DNA of 64,000 bases from Octopus vulgaris (GCA_951406725.2 OX597816.1:163928001-163992000); one strand, 5' to 3'. Shown: positions 1 through 15,402, counted from the first letter of the stretch. A program made the numbers and translations. The notes: generated from the sequence alone by a model not told the origin.

Positions 1-58
1 TTTATATTACATTTATATATTATTTACATATATACATACGTATATATACGTATGTGAT

Positions 59-104
<46 letters not shown>

Positions 105-519
105 TGTATGTATGTATGTATTTACATGTAGTCGTGTACGTATGTATAGATAGATAGTTATATGTATATTGATAAATGATGATGATGTTGATGATGACAA
201 CGATGATGATGATGAGGATGATGACGATGAGGTCTTATATTTGCCACAAGGGCTTCAGATTTGGAGGACAGGGTGTGTGTTTAAGTACATGCACACATAC
301 ACTCTTATACGAAATATGCATGTATGGTATATGAAATAATATGATATATATATATATATATATGCACATATATGTATACATAAATACATATATATATTTG
401 CGTGTGTGTATATACATGTATGTATATATGTGTGTGTGTGTGTGTGGATAAATATGTTTGCATGCATATACATATATTACATATATACATGTATTATAAA
501 AACGACAACAAAAGCAATA

Positions 520-597
<78 letters not shown>

Positions 598-627
598 TAA
601 TAATAATAATAATAATAATAATAATAG

Positions 628-695
<68 letters not shown>

Positions 696-1316
696 GAAAA
701 AAATTATTCGATTATTCGATATGTTGTGTATATTCCATAATACCAATCATAAGATAGTGGAACTTATTCTTCAACTATCGATTCAGCTCTGCTCGAAGAA
801 GACCTCAAGTGATATTGAAGACGAAACGAAGCTAGCTGTCGTAATTAAATTTCTACTCCCAATGGATGCGGCATCAGTGATAGACACTTCTTCACTGTCT
901 TGAATTTTCCATTAATACAATTTCCTTTCTCCCGATATTTCAATACATTTTTATGGCAAGCGGTGGAAGGGAATGGTTGGTGGTGAGATTGACAGAATCG
1001 TTATAGTGCCAGACAAAATGTGTTCGGTTTTTGTGTTATTTATCCGTGATCCTTTAAGTTCTGATTTCGAATCCCACAGAGGCTGGTACAATAAATGCCA
1101 GTTAGCACTTGGTCGATTTCATCAAGTGTCTAACTACCCGCTTACCCGCTTACCCGCACCCCTCCTGTCCCTTCACATGAAAAATGTGTTCTTGTTCTTC
1201 GCATTGAAATTAATGTATTTTTGAAGTAAGGACAGAAATATATTAGATTTCTCTCCATACCGCCAGGTTTCAATCTGCGGTTGAAGTAATTTCATCTCAT
1301 TTAAACTGCTGCTCTG

Positions 1317-1354
<38 letters not shown>

Positions 1355-1357
<3 letters not shown>

Positions 1358-1537
1358 GCAGGCATGCAGACATACAGGCATGCAGACATACATACCTATG
1401 CATAAAAATCTGCATACTTACAAATCTGCACGTATACATGTTGTCGATGTTGAAATTCCAATGAAGGAACCTTGGATCTAGGTTAGAAACCGGCTCTTTC
1501 TCTATTGGCAAGAAATCTGAAATAAACTGAACAATGA
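1355..1537 (+). mobile_element. 3'-end remnant of the RLE-type (R4/Dong-like) LINE, followed by (CATA)n
   Basis: 1439-1537 closely matches 31334-31433 (gatgttgaaattcca.tgaagga..cttggatctaggttagaaaccgg.tctttctctattggcaag...aataaactgaa.aatga), then runs directly into (CATA)n. Confidence 0.8.
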
Positions 1538-2260
1538 CATACATACATACATACATACATACATACATACATACATGCATGCATGCATACATACATACAT
1601 ACATACATACATACATACATACATGCATGCATACATACATACATACATACATGCATGCATGCATGCATACATACATACATACGTGCATGCATGCATACAT
1701 ACATACATACATGCATGCATGCATGCATACATACATACATGCATGCATGCATACATGCATACATACATACATACATACATACATATTAACATACATGCAT
1801 GCATGCATACATACATACATACATACATACATACATGCATGCATGCATACATACATACATATATGCATGCATGCATACATACATGCATACATACATACAT
1901 ACATACATGCATACATACATACATACATACATACATACATACATACATGCATACATACATAGTGCAGGACATTCGGCAAAAAGCCGAACGTTCACATGTC
2001 GACTTCGACGGGAGTCTATCATTATGATGGTTGTCGTTCTTGTTATGACTAGATACTTGAATATATATATATATATATATATAGATATATATATATGGGT
2101 GTGTGTGATTGTGTATAGAAGAATATATTAATAAAAAGAATTCCAACCTTGTCTGATTTTCACGTTTTATTTACAATCTTATAATGATATATTATAAGAT
2201 AATATATTATAATTGAATAAAATAAAATGAAATAGTAGAATGTTAAATATTCATTCTGAT

Positions 2261-2305
2261 TGAACTAGTACTTTCATGCATTGAATTCTGCAATCTTCGG
2301 GTTCA
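2261..2305 (-). ncRNA. Hammerhead ribozyme-like motif, type I, variant core CCGAAGA
   Basis: Minus strand reads UGAAC-CCGAAGA-UUGCA gaauucaa UGCAU-GAAA-GUAC-UA-GUUCA. Stem I is 5 bp, stem II is UGCA/UGCA, stem III is a minimal palindrome. Confidence 0.6.
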
Positions 2306-2342
2306 TGTAGTAGTGTTGACAGTCATGCTTCACAAATTTTGA

Positions 2343-2481
<139 letters not shown>

Positions 2482-2483
2482 TG

Positions 2484-2517
<34 letters not shown>

Positions 2518-3202
2518 AAGATAGATATGAATATATAATATGTATATATATATGTATGTATGTATACGACCACACATTTTATATATGTACATATGAGTGT
2601 GTATACATGTGCGAATACAAGTACGTAAGCATGTATGTATATGCATGTATAACAATACCCATTACAATTCCTCCATTCATTCCAAAAAATTCACGTGAAG
2701 AACTCAGTTCCAAAAAGGTTTGTAACCAATAAACTGCTGTTTGTAATGGAAAAGGACCATTGTTTGTGCCGTGTACTTCCGATTAATAGCTTTAAAGCAG
2801 CGTTAAATTACTAAATATTTTAATAGACTTGGAGCAAAATTGGCGTCGTTAACCTAACACGTGCCCCCCGAGTTTGACTTCACTGGAACTCTGTTTGTCA
2901 GTCACAAAGCACAGCTTTGTGTGCCGTCCACGCCGCCGTCCTCGTTTCGTCGTTGCCGCCATCTTCACAACCATCCTCGTCGTCGTCGTCGTTCTAATCA
3001 ACATCGTCATCATCATCATCATCATCATCGTCATCATCATCATCATCATCAATTCACCATTACCATTCATCATCATTATCACCATCACCATTACCATTAC
3101 CATCATCATTATCACCATCATCATCATCATTATCATCATCATCATCATCAACATCACCATTACCATCATCATTATCACGATTACCATCATCATCATCATT
3201 AC

Positions 3203-3240
<38 letters not shown>

Positions 3241-3332
3241 CCATCATCATCATCATTACCATCATCATCATCATCATCATCGTCATCATCATCATCATCA
3301 TCACCATTACCATCGTCATTATCACCATTACT

Positions 3333-3457
<125 letters not shown>

Positions 3458-3511
3458 AATCATCATTATCATCATCATTAACATCACCATTACCATCATC
3501 ATTATCATTAC

Positions 3512-3558
<47 letters not shown>

Positions 3559-3952
3559 GTGACAACAACTACCGCAGCAGAGAGTATAAAATCACGACGA
3601 CGACGACAACGATGATGATGGCGGTGGTGGTTGTGGGGATGGCTGTGGGGATGATGATGACGGCGACGATGATGATGATGATGATGATAATGTAGCTGAT
3701 TATGATGATGATGATGATGAAGATAATGATGGTGGTGGTGGTGGCAGTGGTGGTGGTGGTAGTGGCGCCTCGGCGGGGATGATGATGATGATGAGGAGGA
3801 GGAGGAGGAGGATCCAGACGATCGTCATGGTCGTAATGAAGATATATAAAGGGATATGCAATTGTTATATGGGACAGCCTATCTCGAAGCATGTTAGAGC
3901 TATAAATAATAGCATGTAGATATTGAGTTACTATTTTGCGTATCATTTATAG

Positions 3953-4149
3953 CAGCGAGTCACTAAGGATCCCTCTAACATTTCTTTGCTAAAAATTATG
4001 CGCATAAAATTGCTTCTACATTTACAGTATGCAAAATAATTTAACAAAAATTTTAAAAGATTTTTTTCAAACATTAATAGCTATGGGATCTTACAGAGTA
4101 AAACAGAAATCTAAAAGGGTCCATAGGGACAAATGGTTGAGAACCACTG
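3953..4149. mobile_element. hAT-type MITE with 8-bp target-site duplication
   Basis: ATTTATAG is repeated at 3945-3952 and 4150-4157. The right end ggttgagaaccactg is a typical hAT/Charlie terminus. The left end starts cag but is degenerate. Confidence 0.65.
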
Positions 4150-4197
4150 ATTTATAGCTTCAACTGCTTCGAGGTGCACTGTTCCATAAAACAATTA

Positions 4198-4708
4198 CCA
4201 TAAATCCTCGTGAATAATCCGCATTTTTTCCCCAAAATTTAAAGGCCAAAATCCCTATATACGAGGTTAAAAATGAAAATTATTTTCTAAGCAATGTCCG
4301 AGTCTCTATTTGCTGTCCGGCAATGTTTATTCAGATACATTATGTGATGTAGGGCGCGAAAATATCTTAAGCTAAGCCTGAAAGCAATGAAGTCATAAAA
4401 GAATCATCCATAACTTGCAGTAAGCAACATTTACTAAACGTTATTACTGTTATTACTGATATTTCTTTATTTTCTGTAAACAAAATGCACAAAAAGGCTA
4501 CACGTTTGCATCATGTTATATATACAATAATAATAAAGGACGTTACCGTATACAGTTTTACAAACCAAGGACGTTATATAGAACTCCTTGACTCAAGTTA
4601 GAGAAGGGGTGCGTATTATACACAAGGTTTAATTTTTTCAGAGGTACAGCCCCCTAAAAATCCCCTGCGTATTATACTCAAGGGCGGAATATACTCGAGG
4701 ATTTACGG
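4198..4708. mobile_element. Tc1/mariner-superfamily (Tc2/pogo-like) non-autonomous DNA transposon
   Basis: TIRs ccataaatcctcgtgaataatccgc and gcggaatatactcgaggatttacgg, with TA on both sides (4196-97, 4709-10). No coding capacity. Confidence 0.75.
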
Positions 4709-5168
4709 TATATCACGTTCTATAGATGTTTGTATATTTTTATGACATCAAAACAAATATGTAAATTTATACATTACAATAGAAGTCAGGGTATTTATAA
4801 AACAGGATTTTCACAGTTTCCACCTGTTGTTTTTTACCATTATGGTAAAATGTACAGTGATGCATGTTCCTGTCTTAGTTAGAAGCAAACCCTGCTGTAC
4901 GGGAAAATTTTAAAGATTTAGAAATTAAGTGCGTGAATGGAAAGAAGGACAGAGAAGATGATTAGAAAGTGCAGACACAGAGCGCACGTTCACATCTGGG
5001 TATTTCCCAGAGGGTGTATTTATAAATATACTTGATACAATTATTCTCCCTGGCATCAAATATTCTTGGTGACAAAAATCTATCACATTACATATATAAG
5101 ACGTCCTACATTTCTCTTTGTAACTTGTTTGCGTGCAAGTCTTCCTCTATATCTATCTATCCATCTCC

Positions 5169-5227
<59 letters not shown>

Positions 5228-5251
5228 CTCTTTCTTTCTTTCTTTCTTTCT

Positions 5252-6187
5252 CCAGCAGCTCTGCCGTCCATGATCAAACGTGTGCGACTTCAATTACACA
5301 AAGGCGTTCTATAGAGGATTAGTGGAGGGGAGGTTCGACGACGTTTTTGGAGAGACCCTGGGTGTCGACGGAAATACCTCACCCGCCTCTTCAGGACCAC
5401 TTTCGGGCAAGAACCTATGAATATTTTCCAGAGATCCTTGACCTGGCAGTGCTATCGGGGAGCATTGCCCGTTCGAGATATGTTCTACAGACACGGTTCA
5501 AGAAACACCAGACCGAGCTGCCCGAGTTGCGGTCAGAGCGACGAAACCGTTCTGCATTCACTCGTGCCATGTCCTAACATTTCAAACCTGTGGGCCTATT
5601 TCGAATGGCTGCTGTCACGTGTGGGACGAATTCGGTTGTCAGCCGAGTCTATCGTGAATATTGCCCCGCCACCTTTTTTAACCGGGGAAGGCAAGGCAGT
5701 TTTCAATGTACTGGTGGCTATGGTGAAATATTGTGTATGGTAGACTCGTGAGAAAGGTTTACAGACAAACACTTTCCTCTCTGGTCAAACCTCTCATCAA
5801 CTTTTTCAAGTATCACCTGAAGAGGAAGGTGAGAATGGAGAGGGAAGTTTTGTCTAATGAAAAGTTTAACAAAAGGTGGGTGAATGTGGCAAGGATGGTA
5901 CGCATGAATGACGGAGCCACCTTGAGCATTATCCTATAAAACAAAGAGAGAAAGAGCACTTTGCTCTCATGTCATGTTTTTTTTTTTTTTTCGTTTCCAA
6001 GGTTACTGTCATTCGTCTAGTCAATGTAATATTTATTCCCCCTTTTGGGAACTCTAATTGTTAAAAACGACACTTTTGTTGTTTCTTTGTGTACACGTCC
6101 CAAAACGTTTCCGTTCCCTTTTGATCGTTTTCGGAAAAATACTATATTGTATTGTCCCCTCTGTGTTCGGGCCTGTGTGGCTAATAA

Positions 6188-6188
<1 letters not shown>
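5252..6188 (+). mobile_element. 5'-truncated L1/Tx1-clade LINE: disrupted ORF2 C-terminus with CCHC zinc knuckle, plus 3' UTR
   Basis: Translates as ...WQCYRGALPVRD...CPSCGQSDETVLHSLVPCP...LW... (zf-RVT-like), with an in-frame stop after KYCVW and a frameshift; the ORF ends at 5939. A T-rich UTR and AATAAA (6183-6188) are followed by (TCTA)n. Confidence 0.85.
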
Positions 6189-6261
<73 letters not shown>

Positions 6262-6280
6262 ATATCTATCTATCTATCTA

Positions 6281-6327
<47 letters not shown>

Positions 6328-6397
6328 TAGGAAGAAATGGAGCTGAACGAAGATTTAATAAAATTCCTTTTTATTAATTCATTTATCTACTTCAATA

Positions 6398-6489
<92 letters not shown>

Positions 6490-6526
6490 TATCTATATCT
6501 ATATATCTATATATATATATATATAT

Positions 6527-6886
6527 GGTGGTGACCCCCTTCGGTCAGACACTGACCATGGGTCTGCACCTAGAGAGTTAACCTCTGAGGCACAAGTCTG
6601 GGCAAGGTTGTTTTTTATTTTTTTTATTTTTTTTTTATGGAAGACCAGCAGTCGCCCATGCATACCGGCCTCCCCTCTCCACGTCACCGATGTTGTCCAA
6701 GGGAAAGGCAAGGGCCGATACAGCTTGGCACCTGTGACGTCGCAACTCATTTCTACAGCTGAGTGAACTGGAGCAACGTGAGATAAAGTGTCTTGCTCAA
6801 GAACACAACACGCAGCCCGGTCCGGGATTCGAGCTCACAACCTCACGATCGTAAGCTCGACGCTCTAACCACTGAGCCACGCGCCT

Positions 6887-6890
<4 letters not shown>
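6527..6890 (-). mobile_element. tRNA-derived SINE family B, full length
   Basis: Minus-strand head gtgaaggcgcgtggctcagtggttagagc...tcgaatccc carries pol III A/B boxes, followed by ttgtgttcttgagcaagacact. Homologous copies at 25035-25376 and 30137-30648. Confidence 0.85.
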
Positions 6891-6937
<47 letters not shown>

Positions 6938-6940
6938 ATA

Positions 6941-6981
<41 letters not shown>

Positions 6982-6999
6982 GTATGTATGCATGTGTGT

Positions 7000-7217
7000 G
7001 TATGTCTGTGTGCCTGTGTTTGTTTCCCCGACATTGCTTCACAACCGATGCTGGTGTGTTTACGTCCCCCGTAACTTAGCGGTTCGGCAAAAGAGACTGA
7101 TAGAACAAGTACTAGGCTTAGAAAGAATAAGTCCTGGGGTCGATTTGCTCGACTGAAAAGCGGTGCTCCAGCATGGCCACAGTCAAATGACTGAAACAAG
7201 TAAAAGAGTAAAAGAGG
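7000..7217 (+). mobile_element. SINE family A, 3' half
   Basis: acaaccgatgctggtgtgtttacgtccccgtaacttagcggttcggcaaaagagac...gactgaaacaagtaaaagag matches the full copy at 25716-26100. Confidence 0.85.
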
Positions 7218-7229
7218 TATTATTATTAC

Positions 7230-7274
<45 letters not shown>

Positions 7275-7319
7275 TAGTAGTAGTAATAGTAGTAGCAGTA
7301 GTAGTCGTAGTAGTAGTAA

Positions 7320-7350
<31 letters not shown>

Positions 7351-7351
7351 G

Positions 7352-7408
<57 letters not shown>

Positions 7409-7640
7409 TCTGTCAGTTCTTCGCTAACATTTAGGCAATTAAACGATCGATTGTTTGTTTGATCGATCAGTCGGTCAATCACTCACTCAATCAGCTCGAT
7501 CTGAGACGGACAAACCTGATGCAGACCCGCAGTAGACATGGCGACGAAATGACTTCGGCAAGCCTCAATGATTAATTGGTTCACTGAGCAATTAATCAAA
7601 GATTCGATTCGCTGATTGATTAAATGTTAACGAATCTAAC

Positions 7641-7687
<47 letters not shown>

Positions 7688-7704
7688 TAATAATAATAAT
7701 AATG

Positions 7705-7765
<61 letters not shown>

Positions 7766-7777
7766 TAATAATCCTTA

Positions 7778-7856
<79 letters not shown>

Positions 7857-8218
7857 GACAGACTTCTTTCAGTTTCCGAGTACCAATTCCACTTACAAGG
7901 CTTTAGTATAAGTCTGAGGTGCCACGGAGTGGGACTGAACCTGGAACCATGTGGTTGGAAACAAGCTTCTTGCCACACAGCCCCGCCCGCGCCGATATAT
8001 ATATATGTGTGTGTGTGTGTGTGAATGTGTATACACATTATTAGGTAGCAAAAACAAGATATTATTAGTATAATCTATGGTGTATCAAAGCAATGGAATT
8101 TTCACCGTTTCGGACACAAGTCATTCATCAAAACGGGTAAAAGTGAGAAACAAACAGCATATAAGAGGAAATGTGGTGGGAGATAATACATACATACATA
8201 CATACATACATACACACA

Positions 8219-8295
<77 letters not shown>

Positions 8296-8356
8296 ACTAG
8301 AATGTTTACTGACTGATGTCTGTCGATTGTGTATTCTCTCCACTTTCTTATTTGCC

Positions 8357-8390
<34 letters not shown>

Positions 8391-8913
8391 TCTTATTTTA
8401 TCATATATATATATATATATATATATTGTGCAAACGCATATTTGCTTACATATGTATACAACGCACAAATCTGTCTGTCCGTGTGTCAGTCTGTATATAA
8501 GCATATTCCTCTAAGCTATCGTGGTGAATAGTTTCTTTGTACTTGCACGTGCGAGCACTTGTACATCTCTTTTGACATCTCTATTATATGAATCACATTT
8601 TCGTACATGCGCACACACACACACGCACACGCACAGAGACGCACACATAGACACATGAACAGACAAACACATGTACACACATACACATACACACATACAT
8701 ACATAAACACACCTTCGTACGTGTCTGTCTGCGTGCGTGCGTGAGCATGTGTGTGTGTATGTGTGTGTGTGTGTATGTGTGTGTGTGTGTGTGTATGTGT
8801 GTGTGTGTGTATTAATGTAAGATGTACATAGATTACGTTTTACAGTAGACATTGATGTATTTCTAATCCCCCAAATTCACGTGTATATATCAACATACAC
8901 GCAAACGCACGCA

Positions 8914-8968
<55 letters not shown>

Positions 8969-8979
8969 GTTTGCTTGTT

Positions 8980-9189
8980 TGTCTGTGTTTGTCCTCTCGC
9001 CATCGCTTGACAACTGATGTCGGTGTGTTTAAGTCCCCGTAACTTAGCGGTTCGGCAAAAGAGACCGATAAAATAAGTACTGGGCTTACAAAACAAAACA
9101 AGTCCCGGGGTCGAGTTGCTCGATTAAAGGCGGTGCTCCAGCATGGCCGCAGTCAAATGACTGAAACAAGTAAAAGAGTAAAAAAAAGA

Positions 9190-9190
<1 letters not shown>
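8980..9190 (+). mobile_element. SINE family A, 3' half
   Basis: Same 3' body and aagtaaaagag tail as 25716-26100. Confidence 0.85.
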
Positions 9191-9229
<39 letters not shown>

Positions 9230-9340
9230 GAGATTATTGTTGAGAGTGACTTCGAAGTTTCAGGTAGTTGAGTCATCGACTGCCGATCAGATTAATGCAA
9301 AATGTTTTTATTGTGATTGAACATGAAAGCAAAGAGTAAA

Positions 9341-9375
<35 letters not shown>

Positions 9376-9417
9376 TGTATGTATGTATGTATGTATGTAT
9401 ATATTTATGTGTGTGTG

Positions 9418-9565
9418 AGTGGCTGTGTGTTAAGTACAACCACATGTGTCCGGGTTCAGTCCCACTGCGTGGCACCTTGGGCAAGTGTCTTCTTTTATAG
9501 CCTCGGGCGGACTAAACCCTTGTGGGTGGATTTGGTAAACGGAAACTGAAAGAAGCCGTTCGTAT

Positions 9566-9636
<71 letters not shown>

Positions 9637-9872
9637 AAATATTGAGTTTCTAAATCTCTCGTAGAAGGACAATGATCCTGAAACACGGTGTCCCTAGATG
9701 CAGTTCCGGCAGTTGGGGGTGTTTGTCTCCCCTTCGTATGTGTATATAAGGACACAGGATAAAATGTGTCGAAGCTGTCAGGAGGCGTTCGATGCCTCCT
9801 AGGGCTATATAACGGTGGTGTACCCCCTACTGTCACGTTCTTGTTAGATTGACAGTATACAACCATTATATA

Positions 9873-9950
<78 letters not shown>

Positions 9951-10165
9951 TGTGTGTTTGTGTATCAGTGTTTGTCCCCCCCCAAAAAAACATAGCTTGA
10001 CAACCGATGGTGGTGTGTTTACGTCCCCGTAACATAGCAGTTCGGCATAAGGGACCGATAGAATAAGTACTAGGCTTACAAAGAATAAGTCCTGGGGTCG
10101 ATGTGCTCGACTAAAGGCGGTGTGCAGCATGGCCATAGTCAAATGCCTAAAACAAGTAAAAGAGT
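9418..10165 (+). mobile_element. SINE family A copy interrupted by a ~240-bp insert within its internal (TA)n
   Basis: The 5' half (to ~9563) and the 3' half (9950-10165) match family A. Unrelated sequence at 9633-9870 sits between TA runs. Confidence 0.75.
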
Positions 10166-10184
10166 ACATATATATATACATATA

Positions 10185-10215
<31 letters not shown>

Positions 10216-10498
10216 ATGTATGTATGTATGTATGTAGGTATGTACGTATGTATGTATGTATATATGTATGTATGTATATGTATATGTGTGTGAAGGCGTA
10301 GATGTGTATATATACTTGAGGGCAATGGTATATGTATACGGAGTGCATTTGAAAAGAGAAGAGAGAGATGAAAGAGGAAAGATGGAGAATGAGAGGGAGG
10401 AAGGAAGTGTGCTTGCGTTAAATGTAAGAGAAATAGAGCATGTGTGTGCGCGTGCATCTGTGTATGTGTGCGCGCGTGTGTGTATATGTGTGTGTGTG

Positions 10499-10554
<56 letters not shown>

Positions 10555-10695
10555 ACTTCAAATGAGACACACAGTGCGGAGCTGTGTTTGTGTATTAATG
10601 TAATTCTTAAGGGAGAAACGAACGATGATTATGTTTCATACATTTGCTTCCAGCTCTGCTTAGACTTCAAATTGGAAGGCTCTATGGTGACTGAC

Positions 10696-10768
<73 letters not shown>

Positions 10769-10859
10769 CATATACACGTTCACACACATGGACACATAAC
10801 ATAAACATACACGCAACCTCTCTCGATATCCCGTTCTATGACTTTCTTCTGTCTCCGTT

Positions 10860-10919
<60 letters not shown>

Positions 10920-11563
10920 CTTATACATTCACATACACCTACAAACATCTGTTAATACTTAAGTATGTATTAACATATAAATATCCATAATTATCTAAAT
11001 ATGCACGCTTATATTACTGCGTGTTTATATATATATACATATACACATATATATATACATATATAAATATATATATATATATACATATTTATGTATACGT
11101 ATATGTATATATATTTATATATATGTATATATACATATCTATGTATACATATATATGTATATGTATATATACATATTTATGTATACATATATATGTATAT
11201 GTATATATATATACATATATGTACATATGTACATATACATATATATGTACATACAAACATATATATACATACATGCACACACATATATACATATCTTTAC
11301 GTATATGTGCGTGTATACATACTTACATATCTACATGTTTTATATATATAATATTTATGTATATAAATTATATATCCATATGCTTATATGCCAGCATATA
11401 TATGTGTGTGTACCTGTATAGAAAGGGAAACAGACCGATGTATGTGTATATGAGTGTTTGTGTTTATGTACGCACACACACACACACATACACACGCACA
11501 TGTATTTATGCATATACACAAACACACTTATCTCTGTTCATCGCTCCGTCTCTCTTTGTCTTT

Positions 11564-11606
<43 letters not shown>

Positions 11607-11941
11607 CTCACATACATACACATACACACATATATTTCCATACACCTATATGTATATACCCGTGCATCGTTTGTATCCATATACGGATCAATACCCCAAA
11701 GTAACGAGTTAGAAATGTGCTCCCCATGTGGCTTATGGATACAATATGTCTTATCTGTATCCTGACCTAATTTTCCGTCGTCTCATTCCTCGAGTTTAAT
11801 AATTGATTACAGTTGACTTGGTACAATCCCCCGTATATTTTGATGGTGATAAAGCTACGTATTCTGACCTTCACGGCCTTCTTCGGTGCTAGTTGTGTAT
11901 TACTTTGGAATCAGGTATTAGTTCGGAATCAGGTATTATAA

Positions 11942-12357
11942 GGCGGCGAGCTGGCAGAAACGTTAGCACGCCGGACGAAATGCTTAGCAGTATTTCGTCT
12001 GCCGCTACGTTCTGAGTTCAAATTCCGTCGAGGTCGATTCCGCCTTTCATCCTTTCAGGGTCGATTGAATAAGTACCAGTTATGCATTGGGGTCGATATA
12101 ATCGACTTAATCCGTTTGTCTGTCCTTGTTTATCCTCTCTGTGTGTAGCCCCTTGTGGGTAGTAAAACAATAGGCATTTCGTCTGTCGTTACGTTCTGAG
12201 TTCAAATTCCGTCGAGATTGACTTTGCTTTTCATCCTTTCGGGGTCGATTAAATAAGTACCAGTTGCGCACTGGGGTCGATATAATCGACTTTATCCGTT
12301 TGTCTGTCCTTGTTTGTCCTCTCTGTGTTTAGCCCCTTGTGGGTAGTAAAGAAATAG
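11942..12357 (+). mobile_element. tRNA-derived SINE family C with tandemly duplicated body
   Basis: Head ggcggcgagctggcagaaacgttagcacg, then two copies of the ~184-bp unit gtatttcgtctg...gagttcaaattcc...gcctttcatcctttcggggtcgat...gggtagtaaagaaatag. Confidence 0.85.
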
Positions 12358-12984
12358 GTATTAGTTCGGAATCGAACACATATCCTTCACTCAGGTAACC
12401 GAGCTGATTGTCATTTTTTCTTTCTATTATAGTCAGGTTTTTAGCTTGGATATCCTAATTCTTTTTGGTGCGTTTTGTGTTTACATTTACTTTCTTTTAT
12501 ATATATATTTGATTTATTTTGCAAATAATAGTGGTCCGCATCTAAGTTTTTAACTGTCAAATGATTGTGTCATTGTTCCAATAACACGACTACTTTATTT
12601 TTTAAAATCTTTATTCACCGATGTGTTTATCTATCTCTCACTGACACACATACACCCGCACACACACAGGTGCTTAACCTCGCCCCCCAAAAAAATAATC
12701 ATAGAAACATTTTTGAAAATACTGGAGAATTATATCGAAGCAACGTTATCTGATTAGAAGATAAAGCATAACATGAATAAACAAAATGCTTACGGTGCAA
12801 ATTCGGAATAAACAATATATTTTCCTCACATTTGACAAATCTATAATTTATTTATATACCTGATATTTCGGCTAAAACGCCCTCTTCGTAGATGAGGTGT
12901 GATTATGGAACTCCAGGGTTTCTTTTCGATTTCATTTATTCGGGTTACCACAGGGTAAGAGACTTTCTGTCTTTTATCGCTTAT

Positions 12985-13190
12985 CTGTTGCTCGTTTCAG
13001 TCACTAGACTGCGTCCATGCTGGAGCACCACTTTGAAGTATCTTTGGTCGAATGAACCGCCTGTTTTTTAAGCCTGGATGCTTATTCATTCGGTCACGTT
13101 TTGCCGAACCGATAAGTTACAGGGGCGTAAACACACCAACACTGTTTGTCAAGCGATGGTAGGGGATGAACACAGTTACAGACACGCACA
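12985..13190 (-). mobile_element. SINE family A, diverged 3' half
   Basis: Reverse complement of the family A body (ccatgctggagcacc...ttgccgaaccg...aaacacaccaac). Confidence 0.7.
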
Positions 13191-13336
13191 CATATATACA
13201 TGCACACACACACAAATGGGCTGAGGTTACAGCTGTTTCAGACGTCTTTTTTATTGATGACTGGATTTGGTGAACAGAAACTGAAAGAAGCCCATTGTAT
13301 ATATGTGAGTGTTTGTGTGTGTAGGCGTGTGTGTAG

Positions 13337-13407
<71 letters not shown>

Positions 13408-13721
13408 GTGCTCACTGTCTACCGTTTAATTGTCTATCTATCTATCTTTCTGTTTATCTATCTATCTGTCTGTCTATCGATTTAGCTGTCTATCTATCTA
13501 TCTATCTATCTAGCTAGCTAGCTATACATTTATCTATCTAACTACCCATCTATCCAGACGGAAACTGAAAGAAGCCCGTCGTTTGTTGTATGTATGTATG
13601 TGTGTATATATGTATGTATGCAGTATGTATGTATGTATGTATGTATGTATGTATGTATGTATGTGTGTATGTTTGTATGTATGTGTGTGTGTGTATGTAT
13701 GTATGTATGTATGTATACGTG

Positions 13722-13755
<34 letters not shown>

Positions 13756-13773
13756 TGTATGTATGTATGTATG

Positions 13774-13805
<32 letters not shown>

Positions 13806-14492
13806 TGTATGTATGTATGTATGTATGTGTGTATGTATGTATGTATGTATGTGTGTATGTATGTATGTATGTATGTATGTATGTATGAATGTATGTATGT
13901 GTGGGTGGTGTATGTATGTATTTGTGCGTGTCTGCATATGTCTTGTGTGCCTATGTTTGTCAACCCTCCACCGCCCCACAAACCGTTACCAGTGTGTTAA
14001 CGTCTACTTAACCTAGCGGTTCGACGAACGAAATCGACACAATAAGTACCAGGCTTTAAAAAGAATTTAAAAAAAAACTACTAAGTAATGCTGTCAGTTA
14101 ATTCGACAAAAACCTCTTCCTCACAGTGCCCCAGCATGGCCGCAGTCTAATGAGCGCAACAAGTAAAAAAGATAAACGTTACATCTCACTCGACACGCCG
14201 AGACACAGACTTTATAGATTTTGCTGGTTTCGTGGCGATCATGAAACTGCGTAGTACACACCTGTTTTAGCAAAGCGTTGTTTGCTAATCATTGCTCATC
14301 GGGAAACCGGATTATTTCGACATCCTCAAAGGTTTCGTTACAGCTGGCGTTAGCCAAATTTACTTTATAATCATCCCGTTTTCCAACTAACTGCGTGTGT
14401 GGATATTCCGAGTGTGTGATAACACAGTCCGGTTCTTTCATTAATTATACCTACCTACCTACATACATACATACATACATACATACATACAT

Positions 14493-14999
<507 letters not shown>

Positions 15000-15242
15000 A
15001 TATATATAAAGTTAATCCAAACATGAAAACACAACGCGAGGACGTGGAATAAGTAGTGTTATTGGAACGAGTATAGTGCATATATATATATACATATATA
15101 TGTATGTATTTTTGTATGTATGTATGTATGTATGTATGTATGTATGTATGTATGTACGTATGGGTGGATGGATGGATGGATGGATGGATGGATGGATGTG
15201 AATGTGTAGAGAGTATTCTGAAAGAGAGCGTAACATAAACCT

Positions 15243-15285
<43 letters not shown>

Positions 15286-15354
15286 TTATAGATACATATA
15301 TATATATATACATAAAGGAACAAAGATACGCAAAAATCAGTTAAAACCATATAG

Positions 15355-15402
<48 letters not shown>

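Noticed and set aside
1173-2146. 200-270 aa MYVC/HTYI-repeat ORFs, and similar ones at 13.5, 37.4 and 62.3 kb
   Set aside because: (CATA)n and (TA)n repeats lack stops in most frames, so these are not genes.
6815-6890. tRNA-like sequences (also ~27450-27522, 25716-25785, 54310-54380)
   Set aside because: They are SINE heads continuing into multi-copy bodies, without a proper acceptor stem.
8100-8156. Further hammerhead-like half motifs (8105-8155 -, 9660-9697 +, 12860-12895 -, 48645-48730 -, 51190-51250 -, 54475-54530 +)
   Set aside because: The core is mutated or missing, or the stems do not pair. They may be decayed copies but cannot be supported individually.
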